Source of the DNA: Eledone cirrhosa
Lineage: Eukaryota
Reading direction: 5' to 3'
Length of the DNA stretch: 64,000 nt
NCBI GenBank assembly: GCA_964016885.1
Contig: OZ024749.1
Span: 12,028,001-12,092,000 of the forward strand
In this document: one piece after another, positions 11,851 through 25,300 of the stretch
Numbering within the stretch: position 1 is the stretch's first letter
Layout of the letters: every line of letters starts with the position of its first letter
Position numbers and translations under genes: made by a program
The notes under the pieces: model-generated
What the model was told of the DNA's origin: nothing
The model's input: the letters and a program-made list of their open reading frames with translations, nothing else
Databases searched by the model: none

Positions 11851-13382
11851 ATTACATCATTTAATAGTCTAGTTTGTTTTCTACAGCTCAACCTTCACTT
11901 GAATCAATATAGACCAGTGTTTACATCATCACCAGACATATTTTTTAGAAATCATATCATCATCGATGTTGTTTTTTATTGTCCATTTTCCCTGCTAGCA
12001 AGGGTTGAACATGTTGTCACAGACCAGCCAGTTCTTAAGCTGAGCCACTGACCGCCAAGTGAAGCCAGACGCCTGACATATCTATTTTAACATGGCACCA
12101 ATACTAGGAAAGTTGTTATGTCCTTGATACAACACAACTGTCTTCCTGACCCTTTGTTTAGTCAGTTTTCTACAGCTGGATGTCCTTCCTATCAGCAACC
12201 ACTTTACAGAGTCTACTAGAGCACTAACATAGCTAGTGTTGAATTTAAGCAAATAAAGTAAGAATCTCACAAGCTCAAGGTATAACCATCAGTAAGTACA
12301 GTAGAAATAACCATAGTGAACAGCATGACAAAACTCAATGCCATATGTGGAGGTCACTCAGTAAACTAGCCCAGTGGCAGTGGCTATTCTGAGTTCCTAC
12401 TCAAAATTCTCTATTGAGAGAAAATTAATGGTGGGCCTTAATTCTTCTGTATTGATATGAAATACACAAAGACTTCATCTAAAATTCAACTGAATCATGA
12501 TCACATTATTGAAATATATCTTTAAAATAGAAATTATTTTTACAAATAAATAAATTGTTCTAAAGAAAAGTTCCAGAAACTCTTTTGGACTACTGCATTA
12601 TTTCAGAAAATATATTTCATGAGACACACACACGTCTTCCTACCATAAAGTTGATAAAAAAAATTATATATAGAAAATTAAATTCTAATAATTCCATCTG
12701 TTGAATAACTAAAGGTGACAGTTTTACAAACAACTAACTTATATTTGCTGCCTCTTATATGCTTCTCAACAATATCCCTGTACCACCCACTTAAGTATTC
12801 CAGTGTCATGTAGCGAGACATGATAATACTATTTTATCGCTGTAGTGTAATTTAGGCGTGCTTGGTCAGTTGCCAGTCATGTACAAATAACCACTTCCGC
12901 TTAGCAGTTGTGTTTTGGACGTTGATAGTGCAATAGCTCATAACTTGCCTTCCTACTGTTTTGATTTTTCTCTCCAACAATGAGAGTGGTTCGTTAGACA
13001 GCCTTTCAGAGATTTACCGTTTATCTGTCAACTTTATTTTAGCAAATATTCCAATCCCTTACTGATGAAACATTATTATCATTCCTACAACCAACTTTGG
13101 AAATTTTACCTGCTTTAATAGAGATAGTAAATAAGGATAAATTAGTGCCTGTCTCACTACATTTTTAGCCTACTAAAACACATTTATTTCACTGACATCT
13201 TCACAGAGAAAACTTTGCTGCATACATTTTGTACACGTGTTCAAATCAATTAAAAATAAATTATTTGGTATATAACCTGAACTACGCCTTCTGATTTATT
13301 TTTTGAACCATTGGAACACTTCTTCAACATCTCCATCTTCCTAAAGTGGCAATCTTGTTTAAAAGTGATAATGTCCACTAAA

Positions 13383-16300
13383 GTCCTTTCTGAGTTGCCC
13401 AGTAACTGTTTAAATGCTAAAGGGTTAAGTCTTCCAGTCTCCTTTCTGAGTTGCCCAGTAACTGTTTATATGCTAAAGGGTTAAGTTTTCCAGTCTCCTT
13501 TCTGAGTTGCCCAGTAACTGTTTATATGCTAAAGGGTTAAGTCTTGCAGTGTCCTTTCTGAGTTGCCCAGTAACTGTTTATATGCTAAAGGGTTAAGTTT
13601 TCCAGTCTCCTTTCTGAGTGGCCCAGTAACTGTTTATATGCTAAAGGGTTAAGTCTTGCAGTGTCCTTTCTGAGATGCCCAGTAACTGTTTATATGCTAA
13701 AGAGTTAAGTCTTGCAGTGTCATTTCTGAGATGCCCAGTAACTGTTTATATGCTAAAGAGTTAAGTCTTGCAGTGTCCTTTCTGAGTTGCCCAGTAACTG
13801 TTTATATGCTAAAGAGTTAAGTCTTGCAGTGTCATTTCTGAGATGCCCAGTAACTGTTTATATGCTAAAGGGTTAAGTTTTCCAGTCTCCTTTCTGAGTT
13901 GCCCAGTAACTGTTTATATGCTAAAGGGTTAAGTCTTCCAGTCTCCTTTCTGAGTTGCCCAGTAACTGTTTATATGCTAAAGGGTTAAGTTTTCCAGTCT
14001 CCTTTCTGAGTTGCCCAGTAACTGTTTATATGCTAAAGGGTTAAGTTTTCCAGTCTCCTTTCTGAGTTGCCCAGTAACTGTTTATATGCTAAAGGGTTAA
14101 GTTTTCCAGTCTCCTTTCTGAGTTGCCCAGTAACTGTTTATATGCTAAAGGGTTAAGTTTTCCAGTCTCCTTTCTGAGTTGCCCAGTAACTGTTTATATG
14201 CTAAAGGGTTAAGTCTTGCAGTGTCCTTTCTGAGTTGCCCAGTAACTGTTTATATGCTAAAGGGTTAAGTCTTGCAGTGTCATTTCTGAGTTGCCCAGTA
14301 ACTGTTTATATGCTAAAGGGTTAAGTTTTCCAGTCTCCTTTCTGAGTTGCCCAGTAACTGTTTATATGCTAAAGGGTTAAGTTTTCCAGTCTCCTTTCTG
14401 AGTTGCCCAGTAACTGTTTATATGCTAAAGGGTTAAGTCTTGCAGTGTCATTTCTGAGTTGCCCAGTAACTGTTTATATGCTAAAGGGTTAAGTTTTCCA
14501 GTCTCCTTTCTGAGTTGCCCAGTAACTGTTTATATGCTAAAGGGTTAAGTCTTCCAGTCTCCTTTCTGAGTTGCCCAGTAACTGTTTATATGCTAAAGGG
14601 TTAAGTTTTCCAGTCTCCTTTCTGAGTTGCCCAGTAACTGTTTATATGCTAAAGGGTTAAGTCTTGCAGTGTCCTTTCTGAGTTGCCCAGTAACTGTTTA
14701 TATGCTAAAGGGTTAAGTCTTGCAGTGTCATTTCTGAGTTGCCCAGTAACTGTTTATATGCTAAAGGGTTAAGTTTTCCAGTCTCCTTTCTGAGTTGCCC
14801 AGTAACTGTTTATATGCTAAAGGGTTAAGTCTTGCAGTGTCCTTTCTGAGTTGCCCAGTAACTGTTTAAATGCTAAAGGGTTAAGTCTTGCAGTGTCCTT
14901 TCTGAGTTGCCCAGTAACTGTTTATATGCTAAAGGGTTAAGTTTTCCAGTCTCCTTTCTGAGTTGCCCAGTAACTGTTTATATGCTAAAGGGTTAAGTCT
15001 TCCAGTCTCCTTTCTGAGTTGCCCAGTAACTGTTTATATGCTAAAGGGTTAAGTCTTGCAGTGTCATTTCTGAGTTGCCCAGTAACTGTTTATATGCTAA
15101 AGGGTTAAGTTTTCCAGTCTCCTTTCTGAGTTGCCCAGTAACTGTTTATATGCTAAAGGGTTAAGTCTTGCAGTGTCATTTCTGAGTTGCCCAGTAACTG
15201 TTTATATGCTAAAGGGTTAAGTTTTCCAGTCTCCTTTCTGAGTTGCCCAGTAACTGTTTATATGCTAAAGGGTTAAGTCTTGCAGTGTCCTTTCTGAGTT
15301 GCCCAGTAACTGTTTATATGCTAAAGGGTTAAGTCTTGCAGTGTCCTTTCTGAGTTGCCCAGTAACTGTTTATATGCTAAAGGGTTAAGTCTTGCAGTGT
15401 CCTTTCTGAGTTGCCCAGTAACTGTTTATATGCTAAAGGGTTAAGTCTTGCAGTGTACTTTCTGAGTTGCCCAGTAACTGTTTATATGCTAAAGGGTTAA
15501 GTTTTCCAGTGTCCTTTCTGAGTTGCCCAGTAACTGTTTATATGCTAAAGGGTTAAGTTTTCCAGTGTCCTTTCTGAGTTGCCCAGTAACTGTTTATATG
15601 CTAAAGGGTTAAGTTTTCCAGTGTCCTTTCTGAGTTGCCCAGTAACTGTTTATATGCTAAAGGGTTAAGTTTTCCAGTGTCCTTTCTGAGTTGCCCAGTA
15701 ACTGTTTATATGCTAAAGGGTTAAGTTTTCCAGTGTCCTTTCTGAGTTGCCCAGTAACTGTTTATATGCTAAAGGGTTAAGTTTTCCAGTGTCCTTTCTG
15801 AGTTGCCCAGTAACTGTTTATATGCTAAAGGGTTAAGTTTTCCAGTGTCCTTTCTGAGTTGCCCAGTAACTGTTTATATGCTAAAGGGTTAAGTCTTGCA
15901 GTGTCCTTTCTGAGTTGCCCAGTAACTGTTTATATGCTAAAGGGTTAAGTTTTCCAGTGTCCTTTCTGAGTTGCCCAGTAACTGTTTAAATGCTAAAGGG
16001 TTAAGTTTTCCAGTGTCCTTTCTGAGTTGCCCAGTAACTGTTTATATGCTAAAGGGTTAAGTTTTCCAGTCTCCTTTCTGAGTTGCCCAGTAACTGTTTA
16101 AATGCTAAAGGGTTAAGTCTTGCAGTGTCCTTTCTGAGTTGCCCAGTAACTGTTTAAATGCTAAAGGGTTAAGTCTTGCAGTGTCCTTTCTGAGTTGCCC
16201 AGTAACTGTTTATATGCTAAAGGGTTAAGTTTTCCAGTCTCCTTTCTGAGTTGCCCAGTAACTGTTTATATGCTAAAGGGTTAAGTTTTCCAGTCTCCTT

Positions 16301-19300
16301 TCTGAGTTGCCCAGTAACTGTTTATATGCTAAAGGGTTAAGTCTTGCAGTGTCCTTTCTGAGTTGCCCAGTAACTGTTTATATGCTAAAGGGTTAAGTCT
16401 TGCAGTGTCATTTCTGAGTTGCCCAGTAACTGTTTATATGCTAAAGGGTCAAGTCTTGCAGTGTCCTTTCTGAGTTGCCCAGTAACTGTTTAAATGCTAA
16501 AGGGTTAAGTCTTGCAGTGTCCTTTCTGAGTTGCCCAGTAACTGTTTATATGCTAAAGGGTTAAGTCTTCCAGTCTCCTTTCTGAGTTGCCCAGTAACTG
16601 TTTATATGCTAAAGGGTTAAGTTTTCCAGTCTCCTTTCTGAGTTGCCCAGTAACTGTTTAAATGCTAAAGGGTTAAGTCTTGCAGTGTCCTTTCTGAGTT
16701 GCCCAGTAACTGTTTAAATGCTAAAGGGTTAAGTCTTGCAGTGTCCTTTCTGAGTTGCCCAGTAACTGTTTATATGCTAAAGGGTTAAGTTTTCCAGTCT
16801 CCTTTCTGAGTTGCCCAGTAACTGTTTATATGCTAAAGGGTTAAGTCTTGCAGTGTCCTTTCTGAGTTGCCCAGTAACTGTTTATATGCTAAAGGGTTAA
16901 GTCTTGCAGTGTCATTTCCGAGTTGCCCAGTAACTGTTTATATGCTAAAGGGTTAAGTTTTCCAGACTCCTTTCTGAGTTGCCCAGTAACTGTTTATATG
17001 CTAAAGGGTTAAGTTTTCCAGTCTCCTTTCTGAGTTGCCCAGTAACTGTTTATATGCTAAAGGGTTAAGTCTTGCAGTGTCATTTCTGAGTTGCCCAGTA
17101 ACTGTTTATATGCTAAAGGGTTAAGTTTTCCAGTCTCCTTTCTGAGTTGCCCAGTAACTGTTTATATGCTAAAGGGTTAAGTCTTCCAGTCTCCTTTCTG
17201 AGTTGCCCAGTAACTGTTTATATGCTAAAGGGTTAAGTTTTCCAGTCTCCTTTCTGAGTTGCCCAGTAACTGTTTATATGCTAAAGAGTTAAGTCTTGCA
17301 GTGTCCTTTCTGAGTTGCCCAGTAACTGTTTATATGCTAAAGGGTTAAGTCTTGCAGTGTCATTTCTGAGTTGCCCAGTAACTGTTTATATGCTAAAGGG
17401 TTAAGTTTTCCAGTCTCCTTTCTGAGTTGCCCAGTAACTGTTTATATGCTAAAGGGTTAAGTTTTCCAGTCTCCTTTCTGAGTTGCCCAGTAACTGTTTA
17501 TATGCTAAAGGGTTAAGTCTTGCAGTGTCATTTCTGAGTTGCCCAGTAACTGTTTATATGCTAAAGGGTTAAGTCTTGCAGTGTCATTTCTGAGTTGCCC
17601 AGTAACTGTTTATATGCTAAAGGGTTAAGTTTTCCAGTCTCCTTTCTGAGTTGCCCAGTAACTGTTTATATGCTAAAGGGTTAAGTTTTCCAGTCTCCTT
17701 TCTGAGTTGCCCAGTAACTGTTTAAATGCCAAAGGGTTAAGTTTTCCAGTCTCCTTTCTGAGTTGCCCAGTAACTGTTTATATGCTAAAGGGTTAAGTTT
17801 TCCAGTCTCCTTTCTGAGTTGCCCAGTAACTGTTTATATGCTAAAGGGTTAAGTCTTGCAGTGTCCTTTCTGAGTTGCCCAGTAACTGTTTATATGCTAA
17901 AGGGTTAAGTCTTGCAGTGTCCTTTCTGAGTTGCCCAGTAACTGTTTATATGCTAAAGGGTTAAGTCTTGCAGTGTCCTTTCTGAGTTGCCCAGTAACTG
18001 TTTATATGCTAAAGGGTTAAGTCTTGCAGTGTCCTTTCTGAGTTGCCCAGTAACTGTTTATATGCTAAAGGGTTAAGTTTTCCAGTGTCCTTTCTGAGTT
18101 GCCCAGTAACTGTTTATATGCTAAAGGGTTAAATTTTCCAGTGTCCTTTCTGAGTTGCCCAGTAACTGTTTATATGCTAAAGGGTTAAGTTTTCCAGTGT
18201 CCTTTCTGAGTTGCCCAGTAACTGTTTATATGCTAAAGGGTTAAGTTTTCCAGTGTCCTTTCTGAGTTGCCCAGTAACTGTTTATATGCTAAAGGGTTAA
18301 GTCTTGCAGTGTCCTTTCTGAGTTGCCCAGTAACTGTTTATATGCTAAAGGGTTAAGTTTTCCAGTGTCCTTTCTGAGTTGCCCAGTAACTGTTTAAATG
18401 CTAAAGGGTTAAGTTTTCCAGTGTCCTTTCTGAGTTGCCCAGTAACTGTTTATATGCTAAAGGGTTAAGTTTTCCAGTCTCCTTTCTGAGTTGCCCAGTA
18501 ACTATTTATATGCTAAAGGGTTAAGTTTTCCAGTTTCCTTTCTGAGTTGCCCAGTAACTGTTTATATGCTAAAGGGTTAAGTTTTCCAGTCTCCTTTCTG
18601 AGTTGCCCAGTAACTGTTTATATGCTAAAGGGTTAAGTCTTGCAGTGTCCTTTCTGAGTTGCCCAGTAACTGTTTATATGCTAAAGGATTAAGTTTTCCA
18701 GTGTCCTTTCTGAGTTGCCCAGTAACTGTTTATATGCTAAAGGGTTAAGTCTTGCAGTGTCCTTTCTGAGTTGCCCAGTAACTGTTTAAATGCTAAAGGG
18801 TTAAGTTTTCCAGTCTCCTTTCTGAGTTGCCCAGTAACTGTTTATATGCTAAAGGGTTAAGTTTTCCAGTCTCCTTTCTGAGTTGCCCAGTAACTGTTTA
18901 AATGCTAAAGGGTTAAGTTTTCCAGTCTCCTTTCTGAGTTGCCCAGTAACTGTTTAAATGCTAAAGGGTTAAGTCTTGCAGTGTCCTTTCTGAGTTGCCC
19001 AGTAACTGTTTATATGCTAAAGGGTTAAGTCTTGCAGTGTCCTTTCTGAGTTGCCCAGTAACTGTTTATATGCTAAAGGGTTAAGTCTTGCAGTGTCCTT
19101 TCTGAGTTGCCCAGTAACTGTTTATATGCTAAAGGGTTAAGTCTTGCAGTGTACTTTCTGAGTTGCCCAGTAACTGTTTATATGCTAAAGGGTTAAGTTT
19201 TCCAGTGTCCTTTCTGAGTTGCCCAGTAACTGTTTATATGCTAAAGGGTTAAGTTTTCCAGTGTCCTTTCTGAGTTGCCCAGTAACTGTTTATATGCTAA

Positions 19301-22300
19301 AGGGTTAAGTTTTCCAGTGTCCTTTCTGAGTTGCCCAGTAACTGTTTATATGCTAAAGGGTTAAGTTTTCCAGTGTCCTTTCTGAGTTGCCCAGTAACTG
19401 TTTATATGCTAAAGGGTTAAGTTTTCCAGTGTCCTTTCTGAGTTGCCCAGTAACTGTTTATATGCTAAAGGGTTAAGTTTTCCAGTGTCCTTTCTGAGTT
19501 GCCCAGTAACTGTTTATATGCTAAAGGGTTAAGTTTTCCAGTGTCCTTTCTGAGTTGCCCAGTAACTGTTTATATGCTAAAGGGTTAAGTCTTGCAGTGT
19601 CCTTTCTGAGTTGCCCAGTAACTGTTTATATGCTAAAGGGTTAAGTTTTCCAGTGTCCTTTCTGAGTTGCCCAGTAACTGTTTAAATGCTAAAGGGTTAA
19701 GTTTTCCAGTGTCCTTTCTGAGTTGCCCAGTAACTGTTTATATGCTAAAGGGTTAAGTTTTCCAGTCTCCTTTCTGAGTTGCCCAGTAACTGTTTAAATG
19801 CTAAAGGGTTAAGTCTTGCAGTGTCCTTTCTGAGTTGCCCAGTAACTGTTTAAATGCTAAAGGGTTAAGTCTTGCAGTGTCCTTTCTGAGTTGCCCAGTA
19901 ACTGTTTATATGCTAAAGGGTTAAGTTTTCCAGTCTCCTTTCTGAGTTGCCCAGTAACTGTTTATATGCTAAAGGGTTAAGTTTTCCAGTCTCCTTTCTG
20001 AGTTGCCCAGTAACTGTTTATATGCTAAAGGGTTAAGTCTTGCAGTGTCCTTTCTGAGTTGCCCAGTAACTGTTTATATGCTAAAGGGTTAAGTCTTGCA
20101 GTGTCATTTCTGAGTTGCCCAGTAACTGTTTATATGCTAAAGGGTCAAGTCTTGCAGTGTCCTTTCTGAGTTGCCCAGTAACTGTTTAAATGCTAAAGGG
20201 TTAAGTCTTGCAGTGTCCTTTCTGAGTTGCCCAGTAACTGTTTATATGCTAAAGGGTTAAGTCTTCCAGTCTCCTTTCTGAGTTGCCCAGTAACTGTTTA
20301 TATGCTAAAGGGTTAAGTTTTCCAGTCTCCTTTCTGAGTTGCCCAGTAACTGTTTAAATGCTAAAGGGTTAAGTCTTGCAGTGTCCTTTCTGAGTTGCCC
20401 AGTAACTGTTTAAATGCTAAAGGGTTAAGTCTTGCAGTGTCCTTTCTGAGTTGCCCAGTAACTGTTTATATGCTAAAGGGTTAAGTCTTGCAGTGTCATT
20501 TCTGAGTTGCCCAGTAACTGTTTATATGCTAAAGGGTTAAGTTTTCCAGTCTCCTTTCTGAGTTGCCCAGTAACTGTTTATATGCTAAAGGGTTAAGTCT
20601 TGCAGTGTCCTTTCTGAGTTGCCCAGTAACTGTTTATATGCTAAAGGGTTAAGTCTTGCAGTGTCATTTCCGAGTTGCCCAGTAACTGTTTATATGCTAA
20701 AGGGTTAAGTTTTCCAGACTCCTTTCTGAGTTGCCCAGTAACTGTTTATATGCTAAAGGGTTAAGTTTTCCAGTCTCCTTTCTGAGTTGCCCAGTAACTG
20801 TTTATATGCTAAAGGGTTAAGTCTTGCAGTGTCATTTCTGAGTTGCCCAGTAACTGTTTATATGCTAAAGGGTTAAGTTTTCCAGTCTCCTTTCTGAGTT
20901 GCCCAGTAACTGTTTATATGCTAAAGGGTTAAGTCTTCCAGTCTCCTTTCTGAGTTGCCCAGTAACTGTTTATATGCTAAAGGGTTAAGTTTTCCAGTCT
21001 CCTTTCTGAGTTGCCCAGTAACTGTTTATATGCTAAAGAGTTAAGTCTTGCAGTGTCCTTTCTGAGTTGCCCAGTAACTGTTTATATGCTAAAGGGTTAA
21101 GTCTTGCAGTGTCATTTCTGAGTTGCCCAGTAACTGTTTATATGCTAAAGGGTTAAGTTTTCCAGTCTCCTTTCTGAGTTGCCCAGTAACTGTTTATATG
21201 CTAAAGGGTTAAGTTTTCCAGTCTCCTTTCTGAGTTGCCCAGTAACTGTTTATATGCTAAAGGGTTAAGTCTTGCAGTGTCATTTCTGAGTTGCCCAGTA
21301 ACTGTTTATATGCTAAAGGGTTAAGTCTTGCAGTGTCATTTCTGAGTTGCCCAGTAACTGTTTATATGCTAAAGGGTTAAGTTTTCCAGTCTCCTTTCTG
21401 AGTTGCCCAGTAACTGTTTATATGCTAAAGGGTTAAGTTTTCCAGTCTCCTTTCTGAGTTGCCCAGTAACTGTTTAAATGCCAAAGGGTTAAGTTTTCCA
21501 GTCTCCTTTCTGAGTTGCCCAGTAACTGTTTATATGCTAAAGGGTTAAGTTTTCCAGTCTCCTTTCTGAGTTGCCCAGTAACTGTTTATATGCTAAAGGG
21601 TTAAGTCTTGCAGTGTCCTTTCTGAGTTGCCCAGTAACTGTTTATATGCTAAAGGGTTAAGTCTTGCAGTGTCCTTTCTGAGTTGCCCAGTAACTGTTTA
21701 TATGCTAAAGGGTTAAGTCTTGCAGTGTCCTTTCTGAGTTGCCCAGTAACTGTTTATATGCTAAAGGGTTAAGTCTTGCAGTGTCCTTTCTGAGTTGCCC
21801 AGTAACTGTTTATATGCTAAAGGGTTAAGTTTTCCAGTGTCCTTTCTGAGTTGCCCAGTAACTGTTTATATGCTAAAGGGTTAAATTTTCCAGTGTCCTT
21901 TCTGAGTTGCCCAGTAACTGTTTATATGCTAAAGGGTTAAGTTTTCCAGTGTCCTTTCTGAGTTGCCCAGTAACTGTTTATATGCTAAAGGGTTAAGTTT
22001 TCCAGTGTCCTTTCTGAGTTGCCCAGTAACTGTTTATATGCTAAAGGGTTAAGTTTTCCAGTGTCCTTTCTGAGTTGCCCAGTAACTGTTTATATGCTAA
22101 AGGGTTAAGTTTTCCAGTGTCCTTTCTGAGTTGCCCAGTAACTGTTTAAATGCTAAAGGGTTAAGTTTTCCAGTGTCCTTTCTGAGTTGCCCAGTAACTG
22201 TTTATATGCTAAAGGGTTAAGTTTTCCAGTCTCCTTTCTGAGTTGCCCAGTAACTATTTATATGCTAAAGGGTTAAGTTTTCCAGTTTCCTTTCTGAGTT

Positions 22301-25300
22301 GCCCAGTAACTGTTTATATGCTAAAGGGTTAAGTTTTCCAGTCTCCTTTCTGAGTTGCCCAGTAACTGTTTATATGCTAAAGGGTTAAGTCTTGCAGTGT
22401 CCTTTCTGAGTTGCCCAGTAACTGTTTATATGCTAAAGGATTAAGTTTTCCAGTGTCCTTTCTGAGTTGCCCAGTAACTGTTTATATGCTAAAGGGTTAA
22501 GTCTTGCAGTGTCCTTTCTGAGTTGCCCAGTAACTGTTTAAATGCTAAAGGGTTAAGTTTTCCAGTCTCCTTTCTGAGTTGCCCAGTAACTGTTTATATG
22601 CTAAAGGGTTAAGTTTTCCAGTCTCCTTTCTGAGTTGCCCAGTAACTGTTTAAATGCTAAAGGGTTAAGTTTTCCAGTCTCCTTTCTGAGTTGCCCAGTA
22701 ACTGTTTAAATGCTAAAGGGTTAAGTCTTGCAGTGTCCTTTCTGAGTTGCCCAGTAACTGTTTATATGCTAAAGGGTTAAGTCTTGCAGTGTCCTTTCTG
22801 AGTTGCCCAGTAACTGTTTATATGCTAAAGGGTTAAGTCTTGCAGTGTCCTTTCTGAGTTGCCCAGTAACTGTTTATATGCTAAAGGGTTAAGTCTTGCA
22901 GTGTACTTTCTGAGTTGCCCAGTAACTGTTTATATGCTAAAGGGTTAAGTTTTCCAGTGTCCTTTCTGAGTTGCCCAGTAACTGTTTATATGCTAAAGGG
23001 TTAAGTTTTCCAGTGTCCTTTCTGAGTTGCCCAGTAACTGTTTATATGCTAAAGGGTTAAGTTTTCCAGTGTCCTTTCTGAGTTGCCCAGTAACTGTTTA
23101 TATGCTAAAGGGTTAAGTTTTCCAGTGTCCTTTCTGAGTTGCCCAGTAACTGTTTATATGCTAAAGGGTTAAGTTTTCCAGTGTCCTTTCTGAGTTGCCC
23201 AGTAACTGTTTATATGCTAAAGGGTTAAGTTTTCCAGTGTCCTTTCTGAGTTGCCCAGTAACTGTTTATATGCTAAAGGGTTAAGTTTTCCAGTGTCCTT
23301 TCTGAGTTGCCCAGTAACTGTTTATATGCTAAAGGGTTAAGTCTTGCAGTGTCCTTTCTGAGTTGCCCAGTAACTGTTTATATGCTAAAGGGTTAAGTTT
23401 TCCAGTGTCCTTTCTGAGTTGCCCAGTAACTGTTTAAATGCTAAAGGGTTAAGTTTTCCAGTGTCCTTTCTGAGTTGCCCAGTAACTGTTTATATGCTAA
23501 AGGGTTAAGTTTTCCAGTCTCCTTTCTGAGTTGCCCAGTAACTGTTTAAATGCTAAAGGGTTAAGTCTTGCAGTGTCCTTTCTGAGTTGCCCAGTAACTG
23601 TTTAAATGCTAAAGGGTTAAGTCTTGCAGTGTCCTTTCTGAGTTGCCCAGTAACTGTTTATATGCTAAAGGGTTAAGTTTTCCAGTCTCCTTTCTGAGTT
23701 GCCCAGTAACTGTTTATATGCTAAAGGGTTAAGTTTTCCAGTCTCCTTTCTGAGTTGCCCAGTAACTGTTTATATGCTAAAGGGTTAAGTCTTGCAGTGT
23801 CCTTTCTGAGTTGCCCAGTAACTGTTTATATGCTAAAGGGTTAAGTCTTGCAGTGTCATTTCTGAGTTGCCCAGTAACTGTTTATATGCTAAAGGGTCAA
23901 GTCTTGCAGTGTCCTTTCTGAGTTGCCCAGTAACTGTTTAAATGCTAAAGGGTTAAGTCTTGCAGTGTCCTTTCTGAGTTGCCCAGTAACTGTTTATATG
24001 CTAAAGGGTTAAGTCTTCCAGTCTCCTTTCTGAGTTGCCCAGTAACTGTTTATATGCTAAAGGGTTAAGTTTTCCAGTCTCCTTTCTGAGTTGCCCAGTA
24101 ACTGTTTAAATGCTAAAGGGTTAAGTCTTGCAGTGTCCTTTCTGAGTTGCCCAGTAACTGTTTAAATGCTAAAGGGTTAAGTCTTGCAGTGTCCTTTCTG
24201 AGTTGCCCAGTAACTGTTTATATGCTAAAGGGTTAAGTCTTGCTGTGTCATTTCTGAGTTGCCCAGTAACTGTTTATATGCTAAAGGGTTAAGTTTTCCA
24301 GTCTCCTTTCTGAGTTGCCCAGTAACTGTTTATATGCTAAAGGGTTAAGTCTTGCAGTGTCCTTTCTGAGTTGCCCAGTAACTGTTTATATGCTAAAGGG
24401 TTAAGTCTTGCAGTGTCATTTCCGAGTTGCCCAGTAACTGTTTATATGCTAAAGGGTTAAGTTTTCCAGACTCCTTTCTGAGTTGCCCAGTAACTGTTTA
24501 TATGCTAAAGGGTTAAGTTTTCCAGTCTCCTTTCTGAGTTGCCCAGTAACTGTTTATATGCTAAAGGGTTAAGTCTTGCAGTGTCATTTCTGAGTTGCCC
24601 AGTAACTGTTTATATGCTAAAGGGTTAAGTTTTCCAGTCTCCTTTCTGAGTTGCCCAGTAACTGTTTATATGCTAAAGGGTTAAGTCTTCCAGTCTCCTT
24701 TCTGAGTTGCCCAGTAACTGTTTATATGCTAAAGGGTTAAGTTTTCCAGTCTCCTTTCTGAGTTGCCCAGTAACTGTTTATATGCTAAAGAGTTAAGTCT
24801 TGCAGTGTCCTTTCTGAGTTGCCCAGTAACTGTTTATATGCTAAAGGGTTAAGTCTTGCAGTGTCATTTCTGAGTTGCCCAGTAACTGTTTATATGCTAA
24901 AGGGTTAAGTTTTCCAGTCTCCTTTCTGAGTTGCCCAGTAACTGTTTATATGCTAAAGGGTTAAGTTTTCCAGTCTCCTTTCTGAGTTGCCCAGTAACTG
25001 TTTATATGCTAAAGGGTTAAGTCTTGCAGTGTCATTTCTGAGTTGCCCAGTAACTGTTTATATGCTAAAGGGTTAAGTCTTGCAGTGTCATTTCTGAGTT
25101 GCCCAGTAACTGTTTATATGCTAAAGGGTTAAGTTTTCCAGTCTCCTTTCTGAGTTGCCCAGTAACTGTTTATATGCTAAAGGGTTAAGTTTTCCAGTCT
25201 CCTTTCTGAGTTGCCCAGTAACTGTTTAAATGCCAAAGGGTTAAGTTTTCCAGTCTCCTTTCTGAGTTGCCCAGTAACTGTTTATATGCTAAAGGGTTAA

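Noticed and set aside
13385-13440. U12-type branch point or recursive splice site in each monomer (sense strand CTTAAC..TAG..CAG)
   Set aside because: Only a partial match to TTCCTTAAC, no AG-GT junction, no polypyrimidine tract; it is simply the TTAACCCT transposon end.
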